Shown: positions 38,642 to 48,732, numbered from the stretch's first letter. The stretch is DNA of 64,000 nucleotides from an uncultured Oscillospiraceae bacterium (GCA_964465385.1 CAYXIM010000001.1:3443-67442); one strand, 5' to 3'. Notes: generated by a model not told the origin, from the sequence alone. Made by a program: numbers and translations.

Positions 38642-39289
38642 TCAGGCGATGCCGCGTGCTTTCAGCGCAGCGGTGGCTTCTTCGGCAGCGGTCGCCGCAT
38701 CAGGCGAGTAAATGTCGGCCCCGATGGTTTTGGCAAAGGTGTCGTTAACCGGCGCGCCACCGACCATGATGGTCACCTGGTCACGGATACCGGCTTCCTG
38801 GGCCGCTTCAACAACTGCCTTCATTTCGTTCATGGTCGTTGTTAAAAGGGCAGAACAGGCGATGATTTGTGCGTCGTGCTCCTGGGCCAGGGCGATAAAC
38901 CGCTCTGCCGGCACATCGGTTCCGGCGTCAAAGACTTCCAGCCCCTGGCCTTCCATCATCATGGCAACCAGGTTTTTACCGATGTCATGCAAGTCACCCT
39001 TGACGGTCCCGATGATGACGCGCCCCTTGGCTTTGATGCCACCGGCGACCAGAAGCGGCTTGAGGATTTCGGTTCCGGCTTTCATGGCCCGCGCAGCAAT
39101 CAGCACGTCCGGCACGTAAACCTCATTGTTTTTGAACTGAACGCCAATCACGTTCATGCCCGACAAGAGACCGTCGTTCAAGATGGTCTGCGCGGACAGC
39201 TCATTGGCCAGCGCCTCTTGCACCAGTTCTTTGACCTCTTTTGCCCGGCCCTTCTGCAGGGCCTCAGAAATCTGTTTTAACACGTCCAT
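38642..39289 (-). CDS. cobalamin-binding corrinoid protein (MtaC/MtbC-like: cap helix bundle plus Rossmann B12-binding domain)
   Basis: 215 aa. DxHxxG motif (GDLHDIGKN), SxL (CSALLTTT), GG (IMVGGAPV). AGGAGG RBS. Confidence 0.88.
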   Translation of the reverse strand: MDVLKQISEALQKGRAKEVKELVQEALANELSAQTILNDGLLSGMNVIGVQFKNNEVYVPDVLIAARAMKAGTEILKPLLVAGGIKAKGRVIIGTVKGDLHDIGKNLVAMMMEGQGLEVFDAGTDVPAERFIALAQEHDAQIIACSALLTTTMNEMKAVVEAAQEAGIRDQVTIMVGGAPVNDTFAKTIGADIYSPDAATAAEEATAALKARGIA

Positions 39290-39316
39290 GTTGCTTCCTC
39301 CTGTTTGTTTTCACGC

Positions 39317-40657
39317 TTATAGGCGAATGTTCCCTCTTGATTCTCTGAATTTTCCGGGTGTCACACCGGTGACACGCTTGAAGACCTTGGAAAAATAGCT
39401 TTGTGTTTCAAAACCCACCAGGTTGGCGATGTCCACCATGGCAATGGCCTCATTAACCAGCAGTTTTTTGGCTGCCTCCACACGCACCGCGTTCACGTAG
39501 CTGTTGAAGTTTTGATCCATTTCGTTCTTGAACAGGCGGCTGAAATAGGCCGGGCTCAGATAGACGTGGGTCGCCGCCTTTTCCAGGGTGATCTTGTTCA
39601 TGTAGTTGCGTTTGACGTAGTTGATGGCGTGGAAGATGACGTCGGCATGCTTGACATGGGTCAAATTGAAGACCTGGTCGGTGAAGCGGGTCATGATCCC
39701 CGAAAGCCAGTAGGCGATTTCATCGATGTTCTGGAAAGATTGAATTTTATTGAGGTAGGTGAAGTTGAGGCCGAAAATCTGCTGGGCATCCGCCCCGCCC
39801 CGGATGGCCGCCCGCGACAACAGAACCACCAGCTCCAAAACCCGGGCCCGCATTTGCTCGATGCTGCCGCTGCTGGAAAAAAAGATGTGCCCCATGATTT
39901 CGTTGAGAATACGCTGGGAAACAGGTTTGTTGCCCATTTCAATCTGGTGCAGCAACTCCTCTTCCTTTTCGATGGGGTAGACCAGGTCCTCCTCCGGCAA
40001 CTGGGCGTACCGCTTCATGAAGCTGATCTGGTCCCAAAGCAGGGCCTGCAGGTCTCCGGATTCCTTGCGGCTTTTTATGTGTTCAAAGCTCATGTCGGAC
40101 AAGGAGTCGGCCACGTGGTAAAGCAGCTCGCTCATGGCATTGACACGTTCCGTTGAAATGACCGGCACCTTGTGGATGGCATCCTGAAGCTGCTCCAGGT
40201 GATCCGGATGAATGGTGTTTTTGGCGACCAGGTCATCGATCAAAAACTCCTCCGGGTCCACCATGTTGACCGGTCCACACACAAAAGCGGCCACAGTCGT
40301 CCCTTCGCGGGTGACCGGTGCCGCCCAGTGGGTCAGCCCCAGGGGGCAAAAATACACATACTGGCCCCCAAAACGCTCGGCCTGGTAGCAGCCATAGAGG
40401 TGGGCGTGGTCACAAAGGCCCGCCGTCTGGCGGTCTGCCTCACCCTCATCGGACAGAACAGAAGCCGCCAGTGTGCACACTTCCACCTGCTCCGGCGGGG
40501 CTTCCAGGTGGGTGGTGGCGCCGACGGCATCAATGACGCGACAGGCCACACCACAGGCCTTGCTGTAATAGCCTGCTGCGGCAACAATCTGTTGCAAGGT
40601 ATCCGTTTGTGCGTCGTTGTGATCCTTGATCTGCAAAATACCACCTGCCCACTCCAT
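39317..40657 (-). CDS. AraC-family transcriptional regulator with N-terminal PocR sensor domain
   Basis: 446 aa. PocR-like core: YVYFCPLGLTHWAAPV...AAFVCGPV. C-terminal double HTH: LSPAYFSRLFK...IANLVGFETQSYFSKVFKRVTGVTPGKFR. Confidence 0.88.
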   Translation of the reverse strand: MEWAGGILQIKDHNDAQTDTLQQIVAAAGYYSKACGVACRVIDAVGATTHLEAPPEQVEVCTLAASVLSDEGEADRQTAGLCDHAHLYGCYQAERFGGQYVYFCPLGLTHWAAPVTREGTTVAAFVCGPVNMVDPEEFLIDDLVAKNTIHPDHLEQLQDAIHKVPVISTERVNAMSELLYHVADSLSDMSFEHIKSRKESGDLQALLWDQISFMKRYAQLPEEDLVYPIEKEEELLHQIEMGNKPVSQRILNEIMGHIFFSSSGSIEQMRARVLELVVLLSRAAIRGGADAQQIFGLNFTYLNKIQSFQNIDEIAYWLSGIMTRFTDQVFNLTHVKHADVIFHAINYVKRNYMNKITLEKAATHVYLSPAYFSRLFKNEMDQNFNSYVNAVRVEAAKKLLVNEAIAMVDIANLVGFETQSYFSKVFKRVTGVTPGKFRESRGNIRL

Positions 40658-40701
40658 TGTATCCCAGCAAGGGTGCCTGCCTTATCACTATTTTGTCTAC
40701 C

Positions 40702-40730
40702 ATTGTATTATTTTGCTGCGATTCATGCAA
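40702..40730 (-). promoter_or_regulatory. candidate sigma-A promoter of the PocR-AraC/corrinoid operon
   Basis: Minus strand reads TTGCAT - 17 nt - TACAAT, starting 4 nt after the relA stop. Confidence 0.5.
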
Positions 40731-40733
40731 AAG

Positions 40734-43034
40734 CTAATAGCTGCGTTTGACATCAATGACATCGCTGATGGCCTTGATCCGGCCCAAGACGCGGTCATAC
40801 TGGCTCTGGCTGGTCACTTCCACCGTCATGATAACCGTGGCTGTCACGTCTTTCATGGCCATCATCTGACCGGAAATGATCGACACCTTCTCTTCCGCAA
40901 TGGCATTGGAGATTTCAGCCAGCAGGTGGCGCCGGTCGTAGGCCAGGATTTTTAACGTCACCTGGTAGGAGGTACTCGGGCTGTCCACGTCCCAGGCCAC
41001 GTCGATCAGGCGCGAGGCTTTTTCAGCATCCTGGGCCGACTGGCCGGCTGACTCAAGCAGGTGCCGGATGTTGGGGCAGTCGGTCCGGTGTACCGCCACC
41101 CCTTTGCCCCGGGTCACATAACCGATGATGGGATCCCCTGGCACCGGGCTGCAGCAACGGGACAAGCGAACCAGGCAGTTGTCGATGCCTTTGACGATGA
41201 CCCCCTGGTCGGCGGCGGCCCGTTCCCGGCGGCGGCTTTTCTTGGCCTCTTTACTGGTCTCTTCGGTCAGGATCGAGGTTTTGGGGCTGTGGACCACCTG
41301 GTTGGATGCCGTCACACGGTAACCGAGCTTGGTCCGCTCCTCTTCTGGCAGGCTGCGGATGTACGCGTCGCGCAGGCGCGTGATGATGCGACCGGCAGAA
41401 ACCCCGCCGTAGCCGATGGCCGCATAGACATCATCGAGGCTTTGCATCTGGTAGCGCTTGAGGATGGGCTTCATGAAATTGTTTTTGAGCAACTGAGCCG
41501 TTGAAAAGCCCGTTTTCTTGATTTCCCGCTCAACAATGTCGCGCCCCCGGTCGATGTTTTCCTGGCGCATCTCCTTTTTAAACCATTGGCTGATTTTGGT
41601 CCGGGCAGACGCACTCTTGACTTGTTTGAGCCAGTCCCGGCTGGGGCCGTGGACCTTGTCAGAGGTCAGGATTTCAACGATGTCGCCGTTGTTGAGTTCA
41701 TACGTCAAGGGAACGATGCGCCCGTTGACCTTGGCCCCGTACATGCGGTTACCCACCCCGCTGTGGATGCTGTAGGCGAAATCAATGGGCACCGACCCGG
41801 CCGGCAAGGACCGCACGTCTCCTTTGGGGGTGAAGACAAAGACCTCATCAGCAACCAGGCCACTTTTAAGCGACTCCATGAACTCATCGGCATCGCTCAT
41901 GTCCTTTTGCCATTCCAGCAACTGGCGCAACCAGGCCAGCTTGCTGTCAAAGGACTCATCCGGCCGGCCGCCCCCGCCGTCTTTGTAGCGCCAGTGGGCT
42001 GCAATGCCATATTCGGCGGTCCGGTGCATCTGCTCGGTTCGAATCTGCACTTCAAAGGGGATGCCACGTGGCCCGATCACCGTGGTGTGCAGCGACTGGT
42101 AAAGGTTGGGCTTGGGCATGGCAATGTAATCTTTGAAGCGGCCGGGCATGGGCTTGTAGAGCTCGTGGACCAGCCCCAGGACCGCATAGCAGTCTGACAC
42201 CGTTTGCACGATCACGCGGGTGGCAAAGAGGTCATAGATCTGATCCAGGGTCCTGTCTTGTTCTTTCATCTTGCGGTAGATGCTGTAAAAATGCTTGGGC
42301 CGGCCAACAATTTCAGATTCAATGCCCATTTCCCGGATCTTAACCTGCAGCTGGACGATGATTTCCTCCAGGTAACGTTCCCGTTCTGAGCGTTTTTGCG
42401 CAATGGCACCAACCAGCTCGTAATAGGCGTCTCCGTCGATGTACCTGAGGCAGAGGTCTTCCAGCTCCCATTTGATTTTGTAAATCCCCAGCCGATGGGC
42501 CAGCGGGGCATAAATGTCCAGGGTCTCACGCGCTTTTTCATATTGTTTCTCTTTGGAAACGTTTCGCAAGGTGCGCATGTTGTGCAGGCGGTCGGCCAGC
42601 TTGATCAAGACCACACGGATATCTTTGGCCATGGCCAGAAACATTTTACGGAAATTTTCAGCCTGCAGTTCTTTTTTAGACGTGTAAGATATCCGGCTCA
42701 GCTTGGTCACCCCGTCAACCAGGGTGGCAACCACCTCGCCGAACCGTTCTTCAATTTCTTCAACCGTTTTGCCGGTGTCTTCCACCGTATCGTGCAGCAG
42801 GGCAGCCACCAAAGTGTCTTCATCAACCTCCAGGTCCAGCAAGATGGCTGTGACAGCCAGGGGATGGATGATGAAAGGCTCGCCTGTTGCCCGCCGCTGG
42901 TCCTTGTGGGATTCGGCAGCAAAGGCATACGCCTGCAAGATCTTTTCTCCAGCTTGATCATCCGAATAGCCCGAATAGCGCCGGATGATCTGGTTGAGAA
43001 AACGCTGGTGCGCCTGTTCCTTGGTCCGGGTCAT
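40734..43034 (-). CDS. relA: bifunctional (p)ppGpp synthetase/hydrolase (RSH long form)
   Basis: 766 aa with HD hydrolase (HPLAV...LHDTVEDT), synthetase, TGS and ACT domains. The ATG overlaps the recJ stop (ATGA). Confidence 0.96.
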   Translation of the reverse strand: MTRTKEQAHQRFLNQIIRRYSGYSDDQAGEKILQAYAFAAESHKDQRRATGEPFIIHPLAVTAILLDLEVDEDTLVAALLHDTVEDTGKTVEEIEERFGEVVATLVDGVTKLSRISYTSKKELQAENFRKMFLAMAKDIRVVLIKLADRLHNMRTLRNVSKEKQYEKARETLDIYAPLAHRLGIYKIKWELEDLCLRYIDGDAYYELVGAIAQKRSERERYLEEIIVQLQVKIREMGIESEIVGRPKHFYSIYRKMKEQDRTLDQIYDLFATRVIVQTVSDCYAVLGLVHELYKPMPGRFKDYIAMPKPNLYQSLHTTVIGPRGIPFEVQIRTEQMHRTAEYGIAAHWRYKDGGGGRPDESFDSKLAWLRQLLEWQKDMSDADEFMESLKSGLVADEVFVFTPKGDVRSLPAGSVPIDFAYSIHSGVGNRMYGAKVNGRIVPLTYELNNGDIVEILTSDKVHGPSRDWLKQVKSASARTKISQWFKKEMRQENIDRGRDIVEREIKKTGFSTAQLLKNNFMKPILKRYQMQSLDDVYAAIGYGGVSAGRIITRLRDAYIRSLPEEERTKLGYRVTASNQVVHSPKTSILTEETSKEAKKSRRRERAAADQGVIVKGIDNCLVRLSRCCSPVPGDPIIGYVTRGKGVAVHRTDCPNIRHLLESAGQSAQDAEKASRLIDVAWDVDSPSTSYQVTLKILAYDRRHLLAEISNAIAEEKVSIISGQMMAMKDVTATVIMTVEVTSQSQYDRVLGRIKAISDVIDVKRSY

Positions 43035-45199
43035 GCCATCACCTCTTGTTCCAGCGCCCGCGCCAACTTTTGAAAAGTCGGGGATTGCTCCAGGGCCACT
43101 TTCTGCCTGACAGGCAACAGGGTCAAACGGGTCTGGGTCAGGCCGCTGCGCTCCTGGGCCAGCAGCCCGCTTTCTTCAAAGACCGTCAAGATGCGGGACA
43201 GTTTAAACAGGTGGATGGTCCGTTGCGCAAAACGGCTCAGCTTCAAGGCCAGGATCACCAGGTCAACAGCCTGGGGCTGTTCCCCCAGGTGTTGCTGGAG
43301 GTAGCGGTAGGCCTGGCGGTAATCGTCCGGGCCTGGCAAAAGCGCAGCATGGGACAGGTCTTGCTGGTCGATCCAGCCAGCCAGGTCCTGGCCGTCCCGG
43401 TACAGCTGCTCTGCCTGGACCAGGATGGCGGTTTCAATGTGATCCGATTCGTCAGGGTGCAGGTCCTGGATGTTGAACTGGGCGGATCGCCTGTTGTTCC
43501 ACACATTCACTTCCAGGTGGCCCATGACATCGACCTGGTCGCCGTCAGCCAGCCAGGCCGCCAGGCCCGCCAGGCCAAACCCGATACCGGTCAAGCTGTA
43601 GCCGCCCGGATCTTCTTGCAAGAGCAGGCGCAGGTGGGCCCCCTGGCCCACCGTCCGCAGGTTTTGAACCGTCACCCGGCGCAAGAGCAAGAGGGGCGCC
43701 GGGTTACCTGCACCAAACGGCTCCAGTTGCTGGATGGCTTCAGCCTGTTCCAAGGTCAGCTCGGCCAGGTCAACAGCCAAGTCCGCCACCAGTTCAGCCG
43801 CCTGGGCCGGGGCATCCATGCCCTCGCCAAAGGACAGGACCGCTTCTTGAAAAGCGGCCAGCTGGCCAGCCGAGACGGTCAGCCCAGCGGCTTCCTGGTG
43901 GCCGCCGAAGCGTGCCAGACAGGCTTGACAGGCTGTCAGCAGCGCCATGAGATCAAAGGTGCCCCAACTGCGGCCAGAGCCCCGGTAAACGGTACCATCG
44001 CGGGTCAGGACGATCACCGGCCGGGCATACTGGCGCGCCAGCCGTGAGGCCACAATGCCCAGAACACCCAGGTGCCAGCCTTCACCCACAGCCAGCAGGA
44101 CCTTGTGGTCCCGGTCAAGCAGCTGGGCGTCCAGCTGGTCCTTTGCCTGCTGCACGATCGCGTGTTCCAGCTGGCGCCGCTGGTCGTTATAGGCCAGTAG
44201 CTGTTGAGATAAAAGCTGGCCTTGCTCAGGATCAGCTGTCAACAAAAGATCTAGGGCCTGGCTTGCATCACCCAGCCGGCCTGCTGCATTCAAGCGGGGG
44301 CAGATGGAAAAGGCCAGGCTCCTGGCGGTCACGGTCTGGCCTTCTGGCAGAGCAGACCGGATCAGCTGCCACAGACCGGCTGAAGAACCCAAAGCGGGTT
44401 CAGCTTGTGTCATCAAGCGGTTGAGCTGGGCCAGGCCCAGGGAGACCAGCACCCGGTTTTCATCCACCAGGGGGACCAGGTCACCAACGGTTCCCAGACA
44501 AACCAGCTCCAGGTGCTGCTGCAGGAACCCGTGTATGGGCACGGCCTGCTGGCAGGCCTCGATCAGTTTCCAGACCACGCCGACCCCGGCCAGAGCCGCA
44601 AAAGGGTAACGGCTGTCCGGGCGCTTGGGGTTGATCACCGCATCCGCCTCGGGCAATTGATCGGGGCATTCATGGTGGTCAGTGACCACCACGTCAAGGC
44701 CGGCTTGTTTAAGCTGGGAAAGGGCCTCATGGCTGGAGATGCCGCAATCCACCGTCACCAGCAGATCCGGTTGCCCGGCCAAAACCCGCTTGACGCTTTC
44801 TTCGGTCAGGCCATAGCCCTCGGACAGGCGATCGGGTAACACCACCACCGGAGCCAGCCCATGCGCTTGCAAAAACCGCACCAGCAGGGCCGATGCGGTC
44901 AGGCCGTCCACATCGTAGTCGCCGTGGATAACGACCTTTTTTTGTTGTCTGATGGCCTGGGCAAGCAGTTCGACCGCTCGGTCCATGTCCGGCAACAAGA
45001 AGGGGTCGTGGAGGGCATCCAGTGACGGGTTGAGGAAAGCCTGTGCCGTTTCAGGCGTATCAAGGCCCCGGGCCGCCAGAAGGCGGTCCAGCAGCGGGCC
45101 TTGCCCGCTTGCGCCTGCTTTCAGGCGCCAGGATCGATAACGGTCAACGGTCACTGCAGACGCCTCCTGTTGCAGACAGGCCCGATATCTGTCAGACAT
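43031..45199 (-). CDS. recJ: single-stranded-DNA-specific exonuclease RecJ
   Basis: 722 aa. DHH motifs (IHGDYDVDG, VTVDCG, VVTDHH) and DHHA1 (GGHQEAAG). Confidence 0.93.
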   Translation of the reverse strand: MSDRYRACLQQEASAVTVDRYRSWRLKAGASGQGPLLDRLLAARGLDTPETAQAFLNPSLDALHDPFLLPDMDRAVELLAQAIRQQKKVVIHGDYDVDGLTASALLVRFLQAHGLAPVVVLPDRLSEGYGLTEESVKRVLAGQPDLLVTVDCGISSHEALSQLKQAGLDVVVTDHHECPDQLPEADAVINPKRPDSRYPFAALAGVGVVWKLIEACQQAVPIHGFLQQHLELVCLGTVGDLVPLVDENRVLVSLGLAQLNRLMTQAEPALGSSAGLWQLIRSALPEGQTVTARSLAFSICPRLNAAGRLGDASQALDLLLTADPEQGQLLSQQLLAYNDQRRQLEHAIVQQAKDQLDAQLLDRDHKVLLAVGEGWHLGVLGIVASRLARQYARPVIVLTRDGTVYRGSGRSWGTFDLMALLTACQACLARFGGHQEAAGLTVSAGQLAAFQEAVLSFGEGMDAPAQAAELVADLAVDLAELTLEQAEAIQQLEPFGAGNPAPLLLLRRVTVQNLRTVGQGAHLRLLLQEDPGGYSLTGIGFGLAGLAAWLADGDQVDVMGHLEVNVWNNRRSAQFNIQDLHPDESDHIETAILVQAEQLYRDGQDLAGWIDQQDLSHAALLPGPDDYRQAYRYLQQHLGEQPQAVDLVILALKLSRFAQRTIHLFKLSRILTVFEESGLLAQERSGLTQTRLTLLPVRQKVALEQSPTFQKLARALEQEVMA

Positions 45200-45293
45200 C
45201 GGGCCTGTTGGTTTTTCTTGCTTGTGAACAACCGCCGTGGGTTTGCCTGACAGGCTAAAACCCTCTTCATCACATCACGGTCATTGTCTTGGC

Positions 45294-45467
45294 TTACCGC
45301 TTTCTTTTCCGGGCGGCCTCTGATTTTCGTTTGCGTTTGACGCTTGGTTTTTCGTAGTGTTCACGTTTGCGAACTTCAGCAAGAACACCGGAACGGGCAC
45401 AGGAACGCTTGAATCGTCTCAGGGCACTGTCAAGAGATTCATTCTCTTTGACTCTGATTTCTGACAT
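45294..45467 (-). CDS. rpsU: 30S ribosomal protein S21
   Basis: ORF 45294..45485. I prefer ATG 45467, after GGGGAGGG. N-terminus: [21 protein letters not shown]. Confidence 0.93.
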   Translation of the reverse strand: MSEIRVKENESLDSALRRFKRSCARSGVLAEVRKREHYEKPSVKRKRKSEAARKRKR

Positions 45468-45546
45468 CTTTTTCCCTCCCCTCACGGCGATATCTAGCTA
45501 TCCGCCAACCTGACTGCCCCGATCTTGCCGGGGCAATTCATGCCAT

Positions 45547-45576
45547 ATTATACTAGCAGGCCACCGCGTTCGTCAA
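45547..45576 (-). promoter_or_regulatory. sigma-A promoter of rpsU
   Basis: Minus strand reads TTGACG - 18 nt - TATAAT, about 75 nt upstream of ATG 45467. The leader contains a TGCCCCG/CGGGGCA hairpin. Confidence 0.6.
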
Positions 45577-45609
45577 CACCGGGCCATCTGAACCGGCCGC
45601 AATGGTCGC

Positions 45610-45951
45610 TTACAACAGCTGCTCTCCCAGGGGCTGGCCGCCCAGCAGGTGAAAGTGGACATGCATGACAGTCTGCCCACCATCCACACCGCAGTTGTTG
45701 ATGAGTCGAAAGCCCGACTGGTCCACGCCCAAGAGGCCGGCCACATGGGCGACAGCTTCAAGCAGGGCAGCCATGACCTGTGGGTGATCGGCCAGTTCCA
45801 GAACATTGGCCATGTGCTGTTTGGGAACGATGAGGACATGGACCGGTGCGGCCGGCCGGATGTCCCGGAAGGCAAGCACCTGGTCGGTTTCATAAACCAC
45901 ATCCGAGGGGAGTGTCCCCGCGACAATCCGACAAAACAAACAGTCTTTCAT
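45610..45951 (-). CDS. HIT-family (histidine triad) nucleotide hydrolase
   Basis: ORF 45610..46074. I prefer ATG 45951, after AGGAGGGA. N-terminus MKDCLFCRIVAG and HVHFHLLGG triad. Confidence 0.9.
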   Translation of the reverse strand: MKDCLFCRIVAGTLPSDVVYETDQVLAFRDIRPAAPVHVLIVPKQHMANVLELADHPQVMAALLEAVAHVAGLLGVDQSGFRLINNCGVDGGQTVMHVHFHLLGGQPLGEQLL

Positions 45952-45952
45952 G

Positions 45953-48628
45953 CTATCCCTCCTGGTCAGCCTCCAACAAAAGCGCATCCAGCCGCGCCTG
46001 TGCCAGGTGCAAGGCCTGGTCAATGGCTTCTGGTTTTTTGCCGCCTGCCTGGGCCATATCCGGGCGGCCGCCACCGCCGCCGCCAGTTAGCTGGGCCAGC
46101 TCCCGGATCAGCTGGCCGGCATGCACACCCTGCTGGATCGCCTGCTGTGAAGCCGTCACCAGCCACAGGGCCTTGCCCCCGACAGCAGCTGCCAGAACCA
46201 GAACCGGGTTTTGGAGCCGGTCGCGGACCTGGTCGGCCAAGAGGCGCAGCTGGGCCACATCCGGCACCTGGACCGATGCCACCAGCGTTTGAATGTTGCC
46301 ATGGGTCCGGGCCTGCCCTTGCAGCTGCTGAACCAAATCAGCCCGTTTGGCCTGCTGGTCCTGAGAACGGGCCTGCTTGAGGTCCCGGAGCTGATCGAGC
46401 AATTGCTGGGCCCGGGCCAGCAGGTCGGCTGGTTTGGTCTTGAGCAGGCCGCCGAGTGCTTCGAGTTCGTCTTGCTGCTGCCGCGCCAGCTGCCAGGCCC
46501 CCGCCCCGGTCACACCCTCAATCCTTCTGACGCCCGAGGCGATGCCGCTTTCGCTGACAAGCCGGAACTGACCCGCTTCAGCAGAGGCCTTGAGGTGGGT
46601 GCCGCCACACAGCTCCTTGCTTAAAGAGCCGACCGAAACCACCCGGACACGGTTGCTGTACTTCTCATCAAACAGGGCGATGGCCCCGGCCTGCCGGGCC
46701 TCTTCCAGGGTCATCAGTTCGGTGATAACCGGCTCATTTTGTATGATCATCTGGTTGACCGCGTCTTCAACCGCCCGCTTTTCTGTTTCTGTCAGGGGCT
46801 GGAAGTGGTTGAAATCGAAACGGAAACGCTCAGGCGCCACCAAAGAGCCCGCCTGGGTGACGTGTTCGCCCAGAACCGAGCGCAGGGCCCGCTGCAGCAG
46901 GTGGGTCGTGGTGTGGTTTCGGGCTGTCGCCAGCCGTTTTTCCCGGTCGACCTGCAGGGTCACCCGGTCCCCCTGGTGCAAGACCCCATCTTCCACCTGC
47001 CCCACATGCAAGATCAGGCCTTCCGGCGTCTGGATGGTCTGCTGGACCGTCAGGGAAAAGCCCGCTGCGCTGATCTGGCCCTCGTCACCAACCTGCCCGC
47101 CCGCTTCGGCATAAAAGGGCGTCTGGTCAACGATCACGGTCACCGTCTCCCCGGCACCGGCTTCCTGGACGCTTTGCGCCTCTTCTTCCGGGCCTTGGCG
47201 GACCAGGGCCAAAACTGTTCCCTGGTCAGACAAGGTGTCATAACCTGTAAACCGCGTGGCCTTGAGGTCTTTCAAGGCAGCCGGCAGGGCGCCCCGATCC
47301 CAGGCTGAGCCTGTTTTTTGGATGAAGGCCTGGCGGGCCGCCTCTTTCTGGCGGTTCATTTCGTCCTGAAAGCCCGCTTCATCGACAGACAGGCCCTGCT
47401 CCCCGGCAATCTCCCGGGTCAGGTCAAAAGGAAAGCCAAAGGTGTCGTGCAGGCGAAAAACCTCCTGGCCTGACAGGGCGGTCTGCTTGTTCTGTTTGCT
47501 GGCTGCAATCATCTGGTCCAGGATCTGGCCGCCCTGGTGGATGGTCTGCAAGAAGCGTTCTTCTTCCTGGCGAACAATGCGGACAATGCGGGTCTGGTTG
47601 GCCGCAAGGTCCGGGTAGGCTTCAACCGATTCTTCAATGACGGTGGGAACCAGGCGGTGTAAGAAGGGCTGGTCCAGGCCGATCAGGCGGCCATAGCGGG
47701 CCGCACGCCGCAGCAGCCGCCGCAAGACATAGCCACGGTCCTCGTTGGTGGGCACCACCCCATCGCTGATCATCATGGTGGTGCTCCGGATGTGGTCGGT
47801 GATCACCCGGATGGCCATATCGGTCTGGCTTTTTTCGCCGTAACTGACCTGCGCCAGGCGACAGACATGGTCTAAAATGGCGCGGATGGTGTCCACTTCA
47901 AAGAGGCTGTCGACATCCTGGAGGATACAGGCCAGGCGCTCCAGGCCTGCCCCTGTGTCGATGTTTTTCTTGTCCAGCGGCGTATAGGAGCCGTCTTCAT
48001 GGCGGTAAAACTGGGTGAAGACCAGGTTCCAGAATTCAACATAACGGTCGCATTCGCAGCCCACCTGGCAATCCGGGCTGCCGCAGCCGTGTGCCGGTCC
48101 GCGGTCAAAATACAGCTCAGAGCTGGGCCCGCACGGGCCCGTCCCATGCTCCCAGAAGTTGTGTTCCTTGCCCATGCGGTAAATACGGTCTGTTGCCAGG
48201 CCAACGTCCTGGTGCCAGATATCAAAGGCTTCATCATCGTCTTCAAAGACCGACACATACAGGCGATCCTCAGGCATCTGCAACACGTCGGTGCAAAAAG
48301 TCCAGGCCCAGGGGATGACTTCTTGTTTAAAATAATCCCCAAACGAAAAATTGCCGAGCATTTCAAAGAAGGTGCCGTGCCGGGACGTGATGCCGACCCG
48401 GTCAATGTCCGGCGTCCGGATACACTTCTGGCAGGTCGTCACCCGCAGGGCAGGTGGTTTTTCAGCTCCTGTAAAGTAAGGCTTTAACGGCGTCATGCCG
48501 GCATTGACCAGCAGGATGGATGGGTCCTGGTGTGGGATCAGGGAAAAACTGGGCAAACGCAAATGCCCTTTCGATTCAAAAAACGCAAGAAATTTTTCGC
48601 GTATGGTGTTCAGACTCTCTGCTTGCAT
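45953..48628 (-). CDS. alaS: alanine--tRNA ligase
   Basis: ORF 45953..48760. I prefer ATG 48628, after AAGGAGTG. MQAESLNTIREKFLAFFESKGH is the canonical N-terminus. Editing HxxxH/CxxxH motifs and C-terminal DHHA1 are present. Confidence 0.96.
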   Translation of the reverse strand: MQAESLNTIREKFLAFFESKGHLRLPSFSLIPHQDPSILLVNAGMTPLKPYFTGAEKPPALRVTTCQKCIRTPDIDRVGITSRHGTFFEMLGNFSFGDYFKQEVIPWAWTFCTDVLQMPEDRLYVSVFEDDDEAFDIWHQDVGLATDRIYRMGKEHNFWEHGTGPCGPSSELYFDRGPAHGCGSPDCQVGCECDRYVEFWNLVFTQFYRHEDGSYTPLDKKNIDTGAGLERLACILQDVDSLFEVDTIRAILDHVCRLAQVSYGEKSQTDMAIRVITDHIRSTTMMISDGVVPTNEDRGYVLRRLLRRAARYGRLIGLDQPFLHRLVPTVIEESVEAYPDLAANQTRIVRIVRQEEERFLQTIHQGGQILDQMIAASKQNKQTALSGQEVFRLHDTFGFPFDLTREIAGEQGLSVDEAGFQDEMNRQKEAARQAFIQKTGSAWDRGALPAALKDLKATRFTGYDTLSDQGTVLALVRQGPEEEAQSVQEAGAGETVTVIVDQTPFYAEAGGQVGDEGQISAAGFSLTVQQTIQTPEGLILHVGQVEDGVLHQGDRVTLQVDREKRLATARNHTTTHLLQRALRSVLGEHVTQAGSLVAPERFRFDFNHFQPLTETEKRAVEDAVNQMIIQNEPVITELMTLEEARQAGAIALFDEKYSNRVRVVSVGSLSKELCGGTHLKASAEAGQFRLVSESGIASGVRRIEGVTGAGAWQLARQQQDELEALGGLLKTKPADLLARAQQLLDQLRDLKQARSQDQQAKRADLVQQLQGQARTHGNIQTLVASVQVPDVAQLRLLADQVRDRLQNPVLVLAAAVGGKALWLVTASQQAIQQGVHAGQLIRELAQLTGGGGGGRPDMAQAGGKKPEAIDQALHLAQARLDALLLEADQEG

Positions 48629-48663
48629 GGTATGCTCACTCCTTAAGAAACGCTCTCTGTCGA

Positions 48664-48692
48664 ATTTTACACGAAAACAGGTTCCGGGACAA
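48664..48692 (-). promoter_or_regulatory. candidate sigma-A promoter of alaS
   Basis: Minus strand reads TTGTCC - 17 nt - TAAAAT, leaving a leader of only ~30 nt. Confidence 0.5.
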
Positions 48693-48732
48693 CCAAAGCC
48701 CTTTAGGGGGCATGCGGGATCACCCGGTTCTG

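Noticed and set aside
45200-45293. A GGCAAACCC segment upstream of recJ that is reminiscent of the c-di-GMP-I (GEMM) riboswitch.
   Set aside because: Only that short string matches. The second conserved core (ACGCAAAGC-type) and the paired-helix architecture are absent, and the region is under 100 nt.
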